Positions 1 to 13,470 of a DNA stretch of 64,000 nt are shown here, in pieces. Position 1 is the stretch's first letter. Each line of letters opens with the position of its first letter. Position numbers and translations under genes: made by a program. Source of the DNA: Octopus sinensis (lineage: Eukaryota); NCBI RefSeq assembly GCF_006345805.1, contig NC_042998.1, positions 98,766,001-98,830,000 on the forward strand, read 5' to 3'. The notes under the pieces are model-generated. The model had not been told where the DNA came from. It made no database searches and saw only the letters and a list, made by a program, of their open reading frames with translations.

Positions 1-414
1 GCCTTTATTTTAGGTTGTTTGTGTTCATGTGTAACTGCTATTTGGCATGTGTAATTATCATGATGCTCATTATGAGTTTCATTAAGGTCAATTTGAAAAC
101 TAGTTAGCTTGGAAATTTAAGAAGTACTTAGAAAAAGAATAAACTCTTCCAACATAGGACAGTATTGATATGAGAGGCTAGCAACCTTTTATCATATAAG
201 TAGCACTGACAAATTTAGAAAAACAAATAGTTAAGGAATTTCAATAAAAACCTATCTTTAGTACCAATTCAAGAATTGTCCATTTTGTTTTTCAGATATC
301 ATACTAGATTTAACTACATGCAAACACTTTTCTTCTAGAAATCCAAGTGAAGACATTGTATAGATTGTCATTATTGTCATCATTACTGTTCTTCATACTG
401 ACATGGGTTGGATG

Positions 415-1694
415 GATCTGACTTCAGTAAAGCGTTCGACAGGGTAGACCATAACATCCTACTCTCAAAATTGGCAAATGTTGGAATCCGTGAAAAAGTT
501 CTACACTGGATTAAGTATTTCCTGGCGAATAGAACACAACATGTTGTAGTTGATGGAGTCCACTCAAACCCAGCAAAAGTCACCAGCGGTGTTCCCCAGG
601 GAACTGTTTTGGGTCCGCTACTCTTCATAATTTACGTAAACGACCTTTCCAGTGTCGTACATTACTGCAAAGTGAAAATATTCGCTGATGACACTAAGCT
701 CCAGCAAATCGTCAATGAAGAAGCAGACCGAACTCAACTCCAGTCTGATCTATATGCTGTGAGTCAATGGGCAGACAGAAACAAAATGCAACTGAATGAG
801 GGAAAATTTGAGCTGATGCATTTCGGAAGAAATTCCTCACTAAAACAACCATACTCTCTTCCTTCAGGGGAACCGCTCACAGCCTCTAACAATATCAGAG
901 ACCTGGGTGTAATTGTTGATGACGATCTCAGTTGGAGTGCAATCAACAAGAAGGTCGATATAGCTCGTAGGATGAGTTCCTGGATCTTAAGAACTTTCCG
1001 GTCCAGAGAACAAGGTGTCATCATACCACTTTTTTCCTCCTTTGTACGGCCACACCTTGAATACTGCTGCCCACTGTGGTCTCCTCACACAAGACAAAAC
1101 ATCTCCAGAATTGAGTCACCCCAGAGGGCTCTCACTAAACAAACTGAAGGCATGGCTGCTCTCGATTATTGGGATCGCCTTAAAGCCTTGAAACTTTACT
1201 CCCTCCAGCGTCGCTGTGAGCGGTACATCATTTGTACGATGTGGAAAATATACCGCCAACTTTGCCCAAACGACCTAAACATTAGCTTCAAGGTTCATCC
1301 AAGACTTGGACCACAGGCTATACGTCCCCTGCCAAATTCAAGATCACAACATACATGTACACTGCAACATAATTTCTTTTCCTCAACAGGCCCTGCCCTA
1401 TTTAACATTGTCCTGAGGGAGATCAAAGAGGAAAAGGATCCCATCAACTTTAAACAGAGTCTGGATAGATTCCTTCAAAGAATACCAGATAAGCCACCCA
1501 TAATTGGATACAACTCACCCAACAAGAGCTCACTACTTGAACAAAACTGGATACAACTCACCCAACAAGAACTCACTACTTAAACAAAACTTGACTTAAA
1601 CAGGATTCGAATAATCCTATCAGGTGGTGCTATTAAGTTAGACATGGCCTGGACCAATCTTTGGTCGAAACATATCTAAGTTTATCTAAGTCTA

Positions 1695-1699
<5 letters not shown>
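415..1699 (+). mobile_element. 5'-truncated CR1/L2-group LINE (RT and C-terminus)
   Basis: The ORF 408-1583 carries DFSKAFD, GVPQGTVLGPLLF, FADDTK and DLGV. It ends in a taagtttatctaagtctaagttt tail next to (TA)n. A 43-bp tandem duplication lies at 1506-1591. Confidence 0.9.
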
Positions 1700-1731
<32 letters not shown>

Positions 1732-3167
1732 CTACATTTGCATTGTTAAAATGTTTTTATTACTTTCCTGTTTCTATGTTCAGATTATAATCCATAGAAC
1801 ATGATACAAAATTCTGAAAACCAGCAGACTTTACTTAGTGAGTTAAAGTTAAAACTACATAACCAAACCAAATCATGAATGAAAGATATCACTGTGTAAC
1901 AAATTTTAATTTTTTTTCTTCTTTTTGTCTTTGGTCAGTGTTATTTCCTAGTTGTTTCTCTTTAGAAATCAAAGGAAAAGACTACACTTCCCTTCAAACT
2001 TTGCTTTTGTGACCTGGACATCAATTTTTTTGAAACTGACCTGTTTTCCATTACATTTTAGACAGATTCAACACTGAGTTGCTGAAACAGAAGTATCATT
2101 ATAACAAATGTTCAGCTCAATACCACAGATTTACTTGTTAGTTGCTTGACCATAACTACTTGAGCATGTCCCTTAGTGAGTGACAATATGTTCATCTCTG
2201 ATCATGAGCAGGAGCATTGGGGGAACATTATAGCTATGTGTTGAGAGGAATTCTTTGGGGTTTGAATTAATATAGTAAAAGCAAAGTTTGAAGGAAATAT
2301 TAACTATTTTTCATACTTTATAGGGGTAAGCAAATAGGGAGTAATAGTTGCTACCCAAGGACAAAAATCACGTTACACAGTGTAATGTCTAAAGAAATAT
2401 GGAAAGTAAGTTTCATAATTACAAGTAAAGCAGCAAGCTGTCAAAATCGTTAACATACCAGACAAAAGGCTTAGTGGTATTTTGTCTGTTTTTACATTCT
2501 GAGTTCAAATTCCACCAAGGACAACTTTACTTTTCATCCTTTTGGGGGTTGATAGAATAAGTACCAGTTGAGCACTAGGGTTAATGCGATTGAAAAACAC
2601 CCCCACCACCAAATTTCAGGCCTTGTGTTTACAGTAGAAACATTTATTAATTTAATCCCTATATTTTCTCCATCTAAATTCATCTAAAATCAACTTTTCC
2701 TTTCATATCATCTTGCTTAATAAAATGAATATCAGTCATATATTGATGACTGTGTGGATAAGTATGGGTGGGTGGTATGGCTGTGTGGTATGGCTGTGTG
2801 GTATGGCTGTGTGGTTAAGAAGTTTGCAACTGCTCAGCTTCAGGTTCACTTCTACTGTGAAACACTTTTTGCAAGTATCTTCTACCACTGGTTCAGCCAA
2901 AGATTTGTAAGTGAAACTTCAAAACTGTGTGGAAGCCCATTGGAGTGACAGTTCCTGTTCCTTTGTGGTAGACACTATCTGTTGATAGGGTTAGCACCAC
3001 TGTCTGGCTTTTGGGTGCCTTAAGCAGAGTCCATCCTGTTGCACAGATTCAGGCCATGTCTCCAATGAAGGAATAACTTTCTCCCTTCCTCCTCTAAGTC
3101 TCAGAGGCTCTGAACAAGATCAGGGGTGCTACTACCCTTTTCTAATTAAACAAATAAATAATGAATA

Positions 3168-3371
3168 AATGACAATCTTTATATCCTACTTAACATGGAT
3201 GAATTGTTAGAATGTCATATTACTATGGTATTTGTTTTGAGAGATCCTGTCATAAGTGTATAGTGCTAAAATATAGATGAGAATCGTCTATCATGGGTGG
3301 CAGAACTGCAAGATCATGTGATTTCAGTGTGCATGTGTTTCATCAGCAGTAGGCATTCACTCACAACATGC
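3168..3371 (-). mobile_element. Hammerhead-bearing inverted-repeat element, copy 1 (one end eroded)
   Basis: Aligns along its length with the reverse complement of 3489-3747, including the terminal AATGRCAATCTTTATATCCTACTTA, ttgagagatcct and the CTGATGA...GAAA core. Confidence 0.7.
3306..3352 (-). ncRNA. Degenerate minimal type I hammerhead ribozyme
   Basis: CTACTG CTGATGA (14 nt) GAAA TCACATGA TC TTGCAG. The core and AUC cleavage triplet are intact, but stems I and II are mismatched. Confidence 0.5.
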
Positions 3372-3488
3372 TAGCCAAATTCTACTGCCAACAACGTACA
3401 TGAAAACAGTGACTGTTCAGTCACTAATTTCACAAATAACTGGAGGTCCTTTAAAAAATAATTAGTGATGGAAGCAGTTTTAAGACCA

Positions 3489-3747
3489 AATGGCAATCTT
3501 TATATCCTACTTAAATATGGATGTATTGTTAGAGTGGATGCCTGCTACTGATGAACTGCATGTACACGGAAATCATATGAGGTAGCAGTTATGCCACTCA
3601 TGCAAGATGATGATTCATATCTGCTAACAGTGTGTCTATGCTTTTAGTACAGTAGGTCTATATGAGAGGATCTCTCAAGGTGAATCCCACAGTGATACAG
3701 TGTTCTAACAATACATCCACAGTAAGCAGGATATAAAGATTGCCATT
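3489..3747 (+). mobile_element. Hammerhead-bearing inverted-repeat element, copy 2 (259 bp, ~45-bp TIRs)
   Basis: 3489-3533 and 3703-3747 are inverted repeats (20-bp and 15-bp perfect blocks). An internal hammerhead-like core lies at 3542-3588. No clear TSD. Confidence 0.75.
3542..3588 (+). ncRNA. Degenerate minimal type I hammerhead ribozyme
   Basis: CTGCTA CTGATGA (14 nt) GAAA TCATATGA GG TAGCAG. Stem I is a perfect 6 bp and stem III is palindromic, but GG replaces the UH cleavage site. Confidence 0.5.
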
Positions 3748-6240
3748 CAACATTAATATGGCTTCTGTCACTAATATTTATTTTTAAATGAATAAGTAAA
3801 AAATAAATTACTAATGAATTATTCCTATTCCACACAATTTGTTAGAAATCTTTGTTATTAATGGTGACATTTAAAGTAATGAGAGTGACTAATGTTAATT
3901 TCCTTGACTGCATTATGTTATTTATAACATATTTTATTGAGATACTGTGCCAACAAAAGCGTAATGTGAGAAATGAATGACTAGAAGGTAAATTTGAAAC
4001 TTTACAACAGCAAATAAGTTGTTCTATAAAAGTTATTTACATTAAGTAATAAAATGGTTGAATGCATATATTGAATTTCCTAATTTTAGTCAATGTCTAA
4101 AAAAACTGCCCATTATCTAAAAAACATCAGCAGGTTATACATGAATGTTTTAGTGAGGACACCTGAAGAATGCTAAGGGTGAGTGTCTAAAAATGTGAGG
4201 TGAGTACTTAAATGTGACTTGAAGTGAGTATCTAGATACAACTTAGGGTGTGTGCACTTGCAGATGACATAGGATCAGTATCTGGAGATGATGTTGGGTG
4301 AATATCAGAAGATACTTAAGTGAGTGATTTTTAAATTCTTCAGTGAATCATACATATATATATATATGAAAAGTATATAAAGATATATAATTTTATAAAA
4401 ACAGTGAAAGACAAAGTGCTGATTTTTTTTGTTATTATGATTACAAATTGGTCACCTGACGCCAGTTTCTCAATGCATTCAGAATCCAACCATGATTGTA
4501 AGATTGTACAAATGGAATCTGTTTCACATGAATTGAGTAAAAATGAAAATATATAAATACATAAAATATGATGAAAGTTTGACTCATATTAGTTTCTTTG
4601 AAATCAATGTTTCTCAAGCACAAAACTTTTAATTGTGAATTTACCAATATGGAATCGCTTAACTTGAAAGACATTACATGTTTCAGTAGGATGAGATAAA
4701 AACCTTAAAAAATTGAGATTATAAGACTTGTATTTATTGATTTACAAACACATTCACGGATCAGACATCCAGTGTATTGTGACACTGTACAGTGTCCTTT
4801 ACCAAGACAATTAATAATACTCAATGACTAAGTTCACCTAAGCAGAATGGGATGATTCAGAACTGTAAAAAACACTGTTAACCATTTTGTTGGCTAGTAA
4901 TGGTGAGTTCAACTCTCTCTGATCAGACCACCAATCTTATCACCACCATCTTGGAAAAAGGGGGAACACACTGTACAATGTAGTCCTAGACATACCAAAA
5001 TATGGAGCTGTGCCAAATGCTATGTTTTTGTTCATAGGTCTGCTCAATCAGGGCTGCTTTGAAGTAAACAAAACCAACAGTCAGTGATAGAAAGAGTTAA
5101 CTTACTGACTAAAGCCTTCCACTCCATGGTATGTCCCTCCTCATTCAAATGATCAAACCTATAACCCCCAAACTCCTTCAATAACTCACACACAACAACA
5201 CTGTAGTTGTAAAGATGAAGAATTCAGAAAAACACCTTAAAAAAGTAAACCACAACTAGAATGTCTGCAAAATGACCCTCAAGAAAGCAAAATATGCTAT
5301 TCCTCAAACAGGGCAGTGAGCTGGTAGAATCATTACCATGTCTGGTGAAATGCTTAGTAGTATTTCATTCGTCCTTATGTTCAGAGTTCAAATTCCAACA
5401 AAGTTGACTTTACCTGTCATCCTCTTGGGGTCAATAAAATAAGTACCAACTGAGCACTAGGATAGATGTAATCAACTTAACCACTCCTGGGTATGAGTAT
5501 AAAAACTGCATCCCTCAGCAAAACCATGTTGGGCCAGTGTAACAGAGTAGGTCCATCAAACCAGTGTGATCACAAGCTCACGTTCGTGACCTTTGCACCA
5601 GACCATGGTTGGTGGAGAGAACATGCTGAAGCCCTTGTCCTACAGTGGATTGAGCATGAGCAGTCCAATCCAATCTAATTCTTCAAACAGGATGGTTCTG
5701 TAAAGAGCACTCCTTCATATAATTCCATTCCATTTGTGGTGTTTTATTGCACTCTGCACACTAAAAACTAAAAGCCTTTGACAATCCCATCTTGATTACA
5801 CTTGCTTCAAACTGACATGCATACAATTTAAATTACATAAATGATTTTGGTAGCTTCAGCAAATTATGGCAACTGATCGTGGTGGTATTTCTTTCTTCAA
5901 CCCTTTAACAGGCAGAATTTCTTCAGCCAGATGTTCTTCTTGTTGCCAGACCTTATTTGTTTCCAACCAAGATATATTTCACCACAGAAGACTGGAAACA
6001 AACATTGTTTATATGGCAGTAATGCTTATTTACAATCATCACATGATGTCAAGACAAGGGTACACACACACATTATGTGCTTCTTTCAGTTTCCATCTTT
6101 CAAATCCACTCACAAGGCTTTGGTCAATGGTCAACCTGGAGCTAGAGTACAAGACACTTGCAGAAGATGCTATGCTGTGGGACGGAAACCTCAGATCATG
6201 TGGCTGAGAAGCAAGCTTCTTAACTACACATCCACACCTG

Positions 6241-6650
6241 TGCCAGCTGAAACTCTTACTTATCTCAACACAAACACATATCCTAGATCACAAGCAAAGA
6301 AAGGCCATTCAAATTACATGAAGATGCTCACTGACAGACTCCAAGCTTTGACCAACAGATATACAGTGACCTCTGCTCCTTGAACTGGCTGGTTTCATGT
6401 TACTTCCAATCAGGTACCCAGGTTCATTTGCCTCTCCTCTCATCATCCATATCATCTTCCTTACCTCAGCCTTACTTGAGCCATAATTCCCAGTACTTTC
6501 TCCCCAAAATGCCATCCCTCTGGAATCTCTCCTTGCATATGTTTTATCTGCAGCTCCCAACTTGCAACTCTTCAATGATTAATTACATCAATCTCACCAG
6601 CTTCAGGGAATGGGGGGGGGCTGTACAAACCATGAGCACAGCCATTCTTC
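6241..6650 (+). mobile_element. Decayed 3' fragment of a Jockey/CR1-group LINE
   Basis: Frameshifted C-terminal remnants (SSHHPYH, SQYFLPK..SLWNL, INYINLTSF). The same 3' end recurs at 7085-7212 and 12950-13470. Confidence 0.5.
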
Positions 6651-7548
6651 CATACTAAACAAATAATTTTAAAAATATTTTTGTAAATATGGTAGGTGTC
6701 AAAATCTCAAATGAATCCCAACAGTTAGACTTCTTTGGGGCCAGAAAAACCTTTGGTCTTGTCAGTTGGTGACCATCTCAGATCACAAGTGCAACATATT
6801 AAAAATTACTGGTCATATGCCAACAATGGTGTTGCTACATACACCCACACAAACATCCTGCGCTGCATCTAATAAAAAAACAGATCACCCAGGCTATGCT
6901 AATTTACAAAGACTTACCAATATACGACAAAAACCTGCATAAAGAGTCACTATTTTGTTTCTCTGAACTAGATAGGTATGCATCACAACTAATGTTCACT
7001 CATTGTATCTACCTTTTCTCTCCTTGTCATTGATCTTTGTTTCATACTTCAAAACATACACAAAGCACTTTGTCCTATTGCTCCTCCCTTGAATAGCAGC
7101 TCTCTGGAACTCCCTACTTCTCTGCGCACATGTTCCTAACAGAAATTCAACTTTAACATCAATAGCATTAAATTCACTAGTCTACAAAGGTCTGTAAAAG
7201 CCATGGGTACCAACATTTCAACTCTGAATAATTAATAATAATAAACTGGCAAAATCAGAAATTTGTGAGGAGAACAGTTGATTATATGATCATCATCATT
7301 AGCATAATTTTAATGTTCACTTTTCCATGTCCACATGGGTTGCAAGGAATTTTTTTGAGGTGGATTTTCTTCAGCCAAATACCCTTCCTGTCACCAATCC
7401 TCACCTGTTTCCAAGTAAGGTAATATTTCTCCATGACCAGACATGGTTTCATGGAAGACTGTAAATGAAGGCTACCACTGGCATTACAGTGTCACTTGTT
7501 TACAACACTTACATGATGTCAAGGCAAGGAAACAGTAACACACACACG

Positions 7549-7603
<55 letters not shown>

Positions 7604-8608
7604 TATGGGTTACTTTCATTTTCCTGTCTACCAAACCCACTCACAAGGCTGTGGTCAACCTGGGGTTGTAGTAGAAGACACTTGCTCAAAGTATCTTGCA
7701 ATAAGATTGAACCTAGAACCATGTGGTTGGGAAGTGAACTTCTTAGTATACAGCTATGCCAGTATTTGAATGGTATTTTATTTATCAATCTTGAGAGGTT
7801 GAAAAGCAAAATCAACCTTAGAAGGAAATAAGTAAGTACAGAGCGGGAATACATATTGCAAGGTATTTTTTCTGAAACTCTCACATTTCTGTCAATCCAG
7901 GACCCTTCACCAAGCCAACACTGCACAATAATTGCTGATGCTCACAGCAGATTTTACTTTAACTAAACTGCTCTATTTGAGATCCACAATGTTTGATTTA
8001 GCTGGAGAGATACCAGGACCATATAGCCATAAGGATAGAATGCACCCAGTAGAGATTATCACTAGATATCTTATTTTATTTTCTACTTGTTTGTCATTCA
8101 AATGTGGCCATGCAGGGGCACTGCTTTGAAGGATTTAGCTGGACAAATCGACTCAGCAGTAAGTCCAGTACTTATTCTATCAGTCTCTTTCACCAAACCT
8201 CTAAGTTACAAGGACTGTCTGGCAGTTGTGGGGACAAATACAACACAAAAACATGCACACTACTGCTTATCAAATTCACTCATAAGTCATTGGCTGGCCC
8301 AGGTTATAGTAGAAGACATTTACCCAAGATGCCACATAGTGGGACTGAACCTTAAACTACGAGATTGCAATGTGAGCTTCTTAACCACACAGCCACACCT
8401 GTGACCGATGAGTAATTAAGAGAATTATCATAAGGAAATTAAGAATACATTGTCCCATTTACTTTCACTCCTCTTCTATTATATTATTATCATCATCATC
8501 GTTCAGTTAGCAAACTGTCAAATATCATATTCATTTTGAATTTATGTTGCATAACAACATCAATATAAAACATGAGAATAAGTAATAATAAATAAGTAAA
8601 TGACTCAC

Positions 8609-8850
8609 CAGTTGGAGATTGAACTACACTCCCTGACTCAATACAAAATCCAAGTATTGAATGCATAAAATCCACACTGTCTTGAATTGAATGTCTATGA
8701 ACAGAATCACGTAAATATTTCCGAAACAATGACGGATTCCCTCTTTGAAGTCTTTGTAAACAATTTTGTCCCCTTTGCCTAAGATTTTCACCACTGGTAC
8801 CCCTGACACCATCACCACAACCCTGAGGACATCCAAGAGACTTGTATATC
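8609..8850 (-). CDS. unc80: UNC80 coding exon 4 (242 nt)
   Basis: ttttccag|G ATA TAC AAG gives RIYKSLGCPQGCGDGVRGTSGENLR...DFMHSILGFC, matching the recalled UNC80 motif LGCxxGCGEGHRG...DFLHALLGFC. Donor G|GTGAGT at 8608. Phase matches exon 3. Confidence 0.93.
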
Positions 8851-10002
8851 CTGGAAAAGATAAAACAAAAAAAGCAAAATGGTAATTTTTCAAATTGTTC
8901 ATTGTGTGTATTTATTTTGTAGTTAAAGTTTAGCCTTAGTTCATCTACAACCAAACATATTGCTTTCAAATTTTTGGCACAAGGCCAGCAAGTTCAGGGA
9001 CAGGGTTAAATATAAAGTTTTAAATTAATTATTTAAAGCATCATAAGATGCTTTAAATAATTAATTCAAAACTTTTAAACTGTCATATACATTATATATT
9101 TATGCTTATACATATTTACATATATTTTTATACATATTTATATATATTTATTTATATATCTTTAATACAACAATTATTTTTCACATGTGTATATCTTTCT
9201 GAGGAGCTTTGATATTGATTTCCTAATATTAATAATAATATATTATTAAAAAATATATGTTTATATAATCGCTCATTTTAAATATATAAATACTTTAATA
9301 GTATTAACACTTTAATACAATAGAGCACTCAATATAAATTCAGTATATAATATTCTCATTGAATATATGTAACTAAAGAATGTAGGGAGTGATTTGAGGG
9401 AGATTTGGCTGTTACTTTTCTAGCAGAAATTCCCTTTGTTATTGTTACTACTGTTGCTAAGAAGATAGAGTAACTCTAGTTCTCAAACTTCTAGATAGCC
9501 TCTCTCTCTCTCTATCTTTTAGAATGTATACAAATATGTATATACGTGTGTCTAACAAATATGTATATATCGACCAATACCTTAAGTTAGAGATAATTCA
9601 CTAATCACTGCTAAGTCTCCCAGGAACTTAAACTTTGTATGCTTTACTCCCGAGGATTCAACATTTCAGAATGAGATGGATGAGATATTTCAAAGAGCAT
9701 CTTATGTTTCTGGAAAAAGCTTGTAGATGGCACATATGCTTTCATGAGCACCAAGTGAGGAAAATGCAGACATGGAACTTATAGAGAATGCAAATATTTA
9801 CATAGACATCTTCCTGAAAATCCCTTCAGTAACAATTTTCTACCTAGAAAACCTTGACATTAACGTTACCAGCTACCAGTGCTTATCCCAGTTTTTCAGC
9901 AGCTGAGCAGTCAAGAGACTTATATTATGCAAGATTTAGATTAAAAAATACATGAATAAAAACAAAGAAATAATAACACAAAAAGTAGTTTAAAATTCCT
10001 AC

Positions 10003-12239
10003 CTGACAATACTATCCATAGCAATACAGTAAGTAGTTTCTTCGTTTTTATTTGTTTCTTTTTTGTCTTCTGATTTCTTAGCATTTTCATCAATAACACC
10101 AGTAGAATCTGATTTGGAAGCTTCTGACTCAGACCTTTTCATATCTATAATATCTAGATCCAGAAGTGAATTTAAAATATTCAACAACACTTCACATATT
10201 CTTGGGCTGTGTTCATTCATGGACACAAAATGTACTGCCTTTAGAATGATGCCATAATTAAATTGGCCATTGTCTTGGATATAATAAACAGATCCTGAAG
10301 CTTCCTGAATATCATCTTCAGTAGAATATGCAATATTAGAATCAGTCATGCTGCGTGCCATGTTCAGTGTTGTTACTGAGCTGAAGTCTTGGACTTGTCT
10401 TCTGGATTCATTGCTGCCTCGACGCTGTCTGTCAGATAAGTTAGGAGATTGAGATGGAGCAGCCAGAGATGTTGCATCACAAGGACTATGTTCTGTGATG
10501 GTTATTATAGGATGTAAAAGATGTTCTCGTTGACTTGGCTGTTGGTTGGATTTAAGATTTAATCCAACAGGCATTGAATCGACCCTACCAGAACAAGGAG
10601 AGGCTTGATTGCTTAACTGATTAGTCCCAGCCAGTGAATCCTTATCTGACTGATGTAGAGAGGGCATGCTTTTACGACGGGCTGGATCAGAAAATATATC
10701 ATCTGACTTGCTATCTTTCTTGACATCAAGGTAATTGGCAAATGCTGAATTTGGTCGAGGAAAATCAGAATCGGTGTCTAATGTTGATAAAGTACAAGAA
10801 CTTGAAGAATCTGCTTTGAGAGATTTGAGAGAAATGTTTGAAGGTTCAGCACGTCTGCTTCTTAGAGAATGTAATTCATTTTCTTCTGGTTCGGTAGTGT
10901 ATTTCTTGTTGCGTGAAGAATCAAACAACTGTTTTAGTTCAGTTACTCTAATGCGTTTATGGGGTGGTTCTTTATGTGTGGTGGGTGCTTGAGAAAGATT
11001 TGTGGATGAAAGATTTTGGTTGGATGTATTATAAGACTTGCGCCGTGGAGTACAGGGAGAATATACAGAATCCTGCACATTCATAGAGGGATAGGGCATG
11101 GCAGAATACATTTGTAGCACTTGAATACTCGGAATTGGTAGAGACTTGCTTCGTTCACGTTCTGAATGTCCCATTCTAACATATTCATCACATATCTCTA
11201 AAAGTCGACGATGAATATACTTTAAAGCCCAATAAATACCATCTTCAGGCCAATGTAGGCAAAATAAACACCTAAGTACTGCAATATCAAAATAGCAAGC
11301 AGACAAAACATCAGGAGATGTAGAACTAGAGCTTTTTGAACAAGTAGTATCAGCACTTGTCAATTTCTGATTTAAATAATCTTTATCTGGTGGGGTTTCA
11401 GGTACCTTAGGCAAAACAGAAAGCTTTGAATCAAAAGAAAACTTGATGCTACTGTTTTTCCCTCTACATTTACACGTACCATTTTTACTTGAACGAACAG
11501 GCACAACAGAATTGCAATATTCACAGACAACATCAACTGTGGCAGATTGGCTGTCAGAGCTTGACAAAGCACAGATGTCACTCATATGTGCAAGAGGTGC
11601 TAATGGAGATGTAGGCTCATTACCACTGAAAACGTTTGAGTCTTCTTTTTCATCAATACAAAGTTCAACACCATGATAAAGATTCTGCTCAGAGCAACCT
11701 TTACCAATGTATATGTTGGCAGCATTAGTGTTATGTTTTGTATTGCTACGATGAGCTTTCAAGATGTTGCGTTGAGGCTTGACAAGGGATGAGAAACAAG
11801 GTACATCAGGGAGGTAATGTTCTATCAAAGGCTGCCATATTCTTAATCCATTCTCCAATTTCAAACTTTGAAAATCTGTTTCAGATAAGGTGTGTACTAG
11901 TGGTGCTAGTAAGTACACAAAAAGTTGAATGGTACCAAGTGCATGCATGTAAGTACGTCCACTTGGAGCTCCCTGATTCATTTCTGCCCAATTGTCTTCA
12001 CATTCTGATGCTGCATCTAAAAGAATCCAATGTAATGTATAGAGTAATTTTGTTTCACAGTTGGTAAACTTTGCAATAGCATCTCTTTGCTTTCTTTCTG
12101 CGAGAAGAGCAGCACATGCATGTAACACATGAGGAAAAGCTGTCTGAATGACCTTCCACCTTGATACACTGTGTATAGCTTCACACAAACTTGGTGATAA
12201 ACCATGGAGAATATTTTGTACCACCACACGTTCAAACGA
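10003..12239 (-). CDS. unc80: UNC80 coding exon 3 (2237 nt internal exon)
   Basis: Acceptor tttttcag at 12240 is followed by SFERVVVQNILHGLSPSLCEAIHSVSRW...ETKLLYTLHWILL...FDIAVLRCLF..HWPEDG, all conserved UNC80 motifs. Donor AG|GTAGGA at 10002. The listed 742-aa ORF starts at an internal GTG, not a true start. Confidence 0.95.
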
Positions 12240-12949
12240 CTGAAAAATAGAAATAAAAAAATATCATGAAGAAACAATAGTTAAGTAGGTGAAATCATGT
12301 TTAATGCTTAGAATAAAAAAGTCTCAATGTAAAAAACAAGTTATACACAAAAAGGAACATTATTTATAGACCAAAATTATTTTTTCATCATATACGCAAC
12401 TTCAAAAACATCCTCCAACTGGGTAATGTCAGTCTTCTCTCCTTCAATAGATACAAAAACACATTCACTACACATATCAAGAAAACAGTATAGTACCCAG
12501 TGTTCTGGAAATCCTTTACTACAATATACATAATTCAAAGCAGGGAATTCTTTGTTGCTAATTCAAAAAGATTAAAAATTATTCTAAAAATGAACTGAAA
12601 CCCAAAAACAGCTTGAAATAATAATTCTTTAATAAAAGTAAGACCAAGTTAGCTTTCAGCGCTTTCTCTATAGACTAGTATTACATGCAGTACCTTGATA
12701 ATAGAGGAAGTTGTTTACAAGGATTAATGATAATGTATGAAAGTAGTCATTTGCATGCAATCTGAGCAATTGGATGGGTATTAATCACAGTTGTATGCCA
12801 CATATAGCCTACCGATCAAAGTGATTTTCAATTGCACATCAAACAGTACACAATTAAAACACTCAAGGAAACTACATGTTCTCAGCCATCACTGAGCATT
12901 TGTCCTGCAAACACACATCTTCAACAGTGTAAAAACTGCATCTGGAAAG

Positions 12950-13470
12950 ATTAGTCTGCCACTTCAGGGTCAGGAAATATTTCAGCCCTCAACAACTAAT
13001 CTGCTGTTAAGTTTAGATGAGACCTGCAATGGACACTGACCCTACCTCTTCCATGGTGTAGCTGCTACCCACTCAAGCATCTTAGATTGCATCCAAAGAA
13101 AGGCCACTAGACTGATTAACATGAAGTCACTCACTAACACACACCAACCTATGGCCCACAGATGTGCTATCTCCTATGTCTGCCTTTTCTACTATCACTA
13201 CACTGTCTTCTGCTCCTCAGACCTGACTACTCTCAAGCTACCTCTACTCAAATACTCCCAACTTACTCTTCTCTTCTTCTCTCATCATTTGCATTGTGTT
13301 TACCCACCACCCTATTCTCCACTCCACGCTTTTCAGCTCATTGGCTTCCTTGAATTCCTCCCTGTACATGTTCTTCCTGCAGCTGTTGACTTGCAACAGT
13401 TCAAGAAGAATTCAAACTCTGTTAATCTCACCAGTTTCAGAGATCTTGTAAAAGCCATGTGTACAGCTCT
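12950..13470 (+). mobile_element. Decayed 3' fragment of the same LINE family
   Basis: Translates to GVAATHSSILDCIQRKATRLIN...PMAHRCAISYVCLFY and HVLPAAVDLQQFKKNSNSVNLTSF, typical non-LTR post-RT C-terminal motifs. Confidence 0.55.

Noticed and set aside
4140-4335. Degenerate ~22-bp tandem repeat
   Set aside because: An old minisatellite with no further structure or coding signal.
4457-4519. Possible 63-nt phase-compatible unc80 exon 5
   Set aside because: The donor (GTGACC) is weak and the peptide does not resemble the expected UNC80 continuation.
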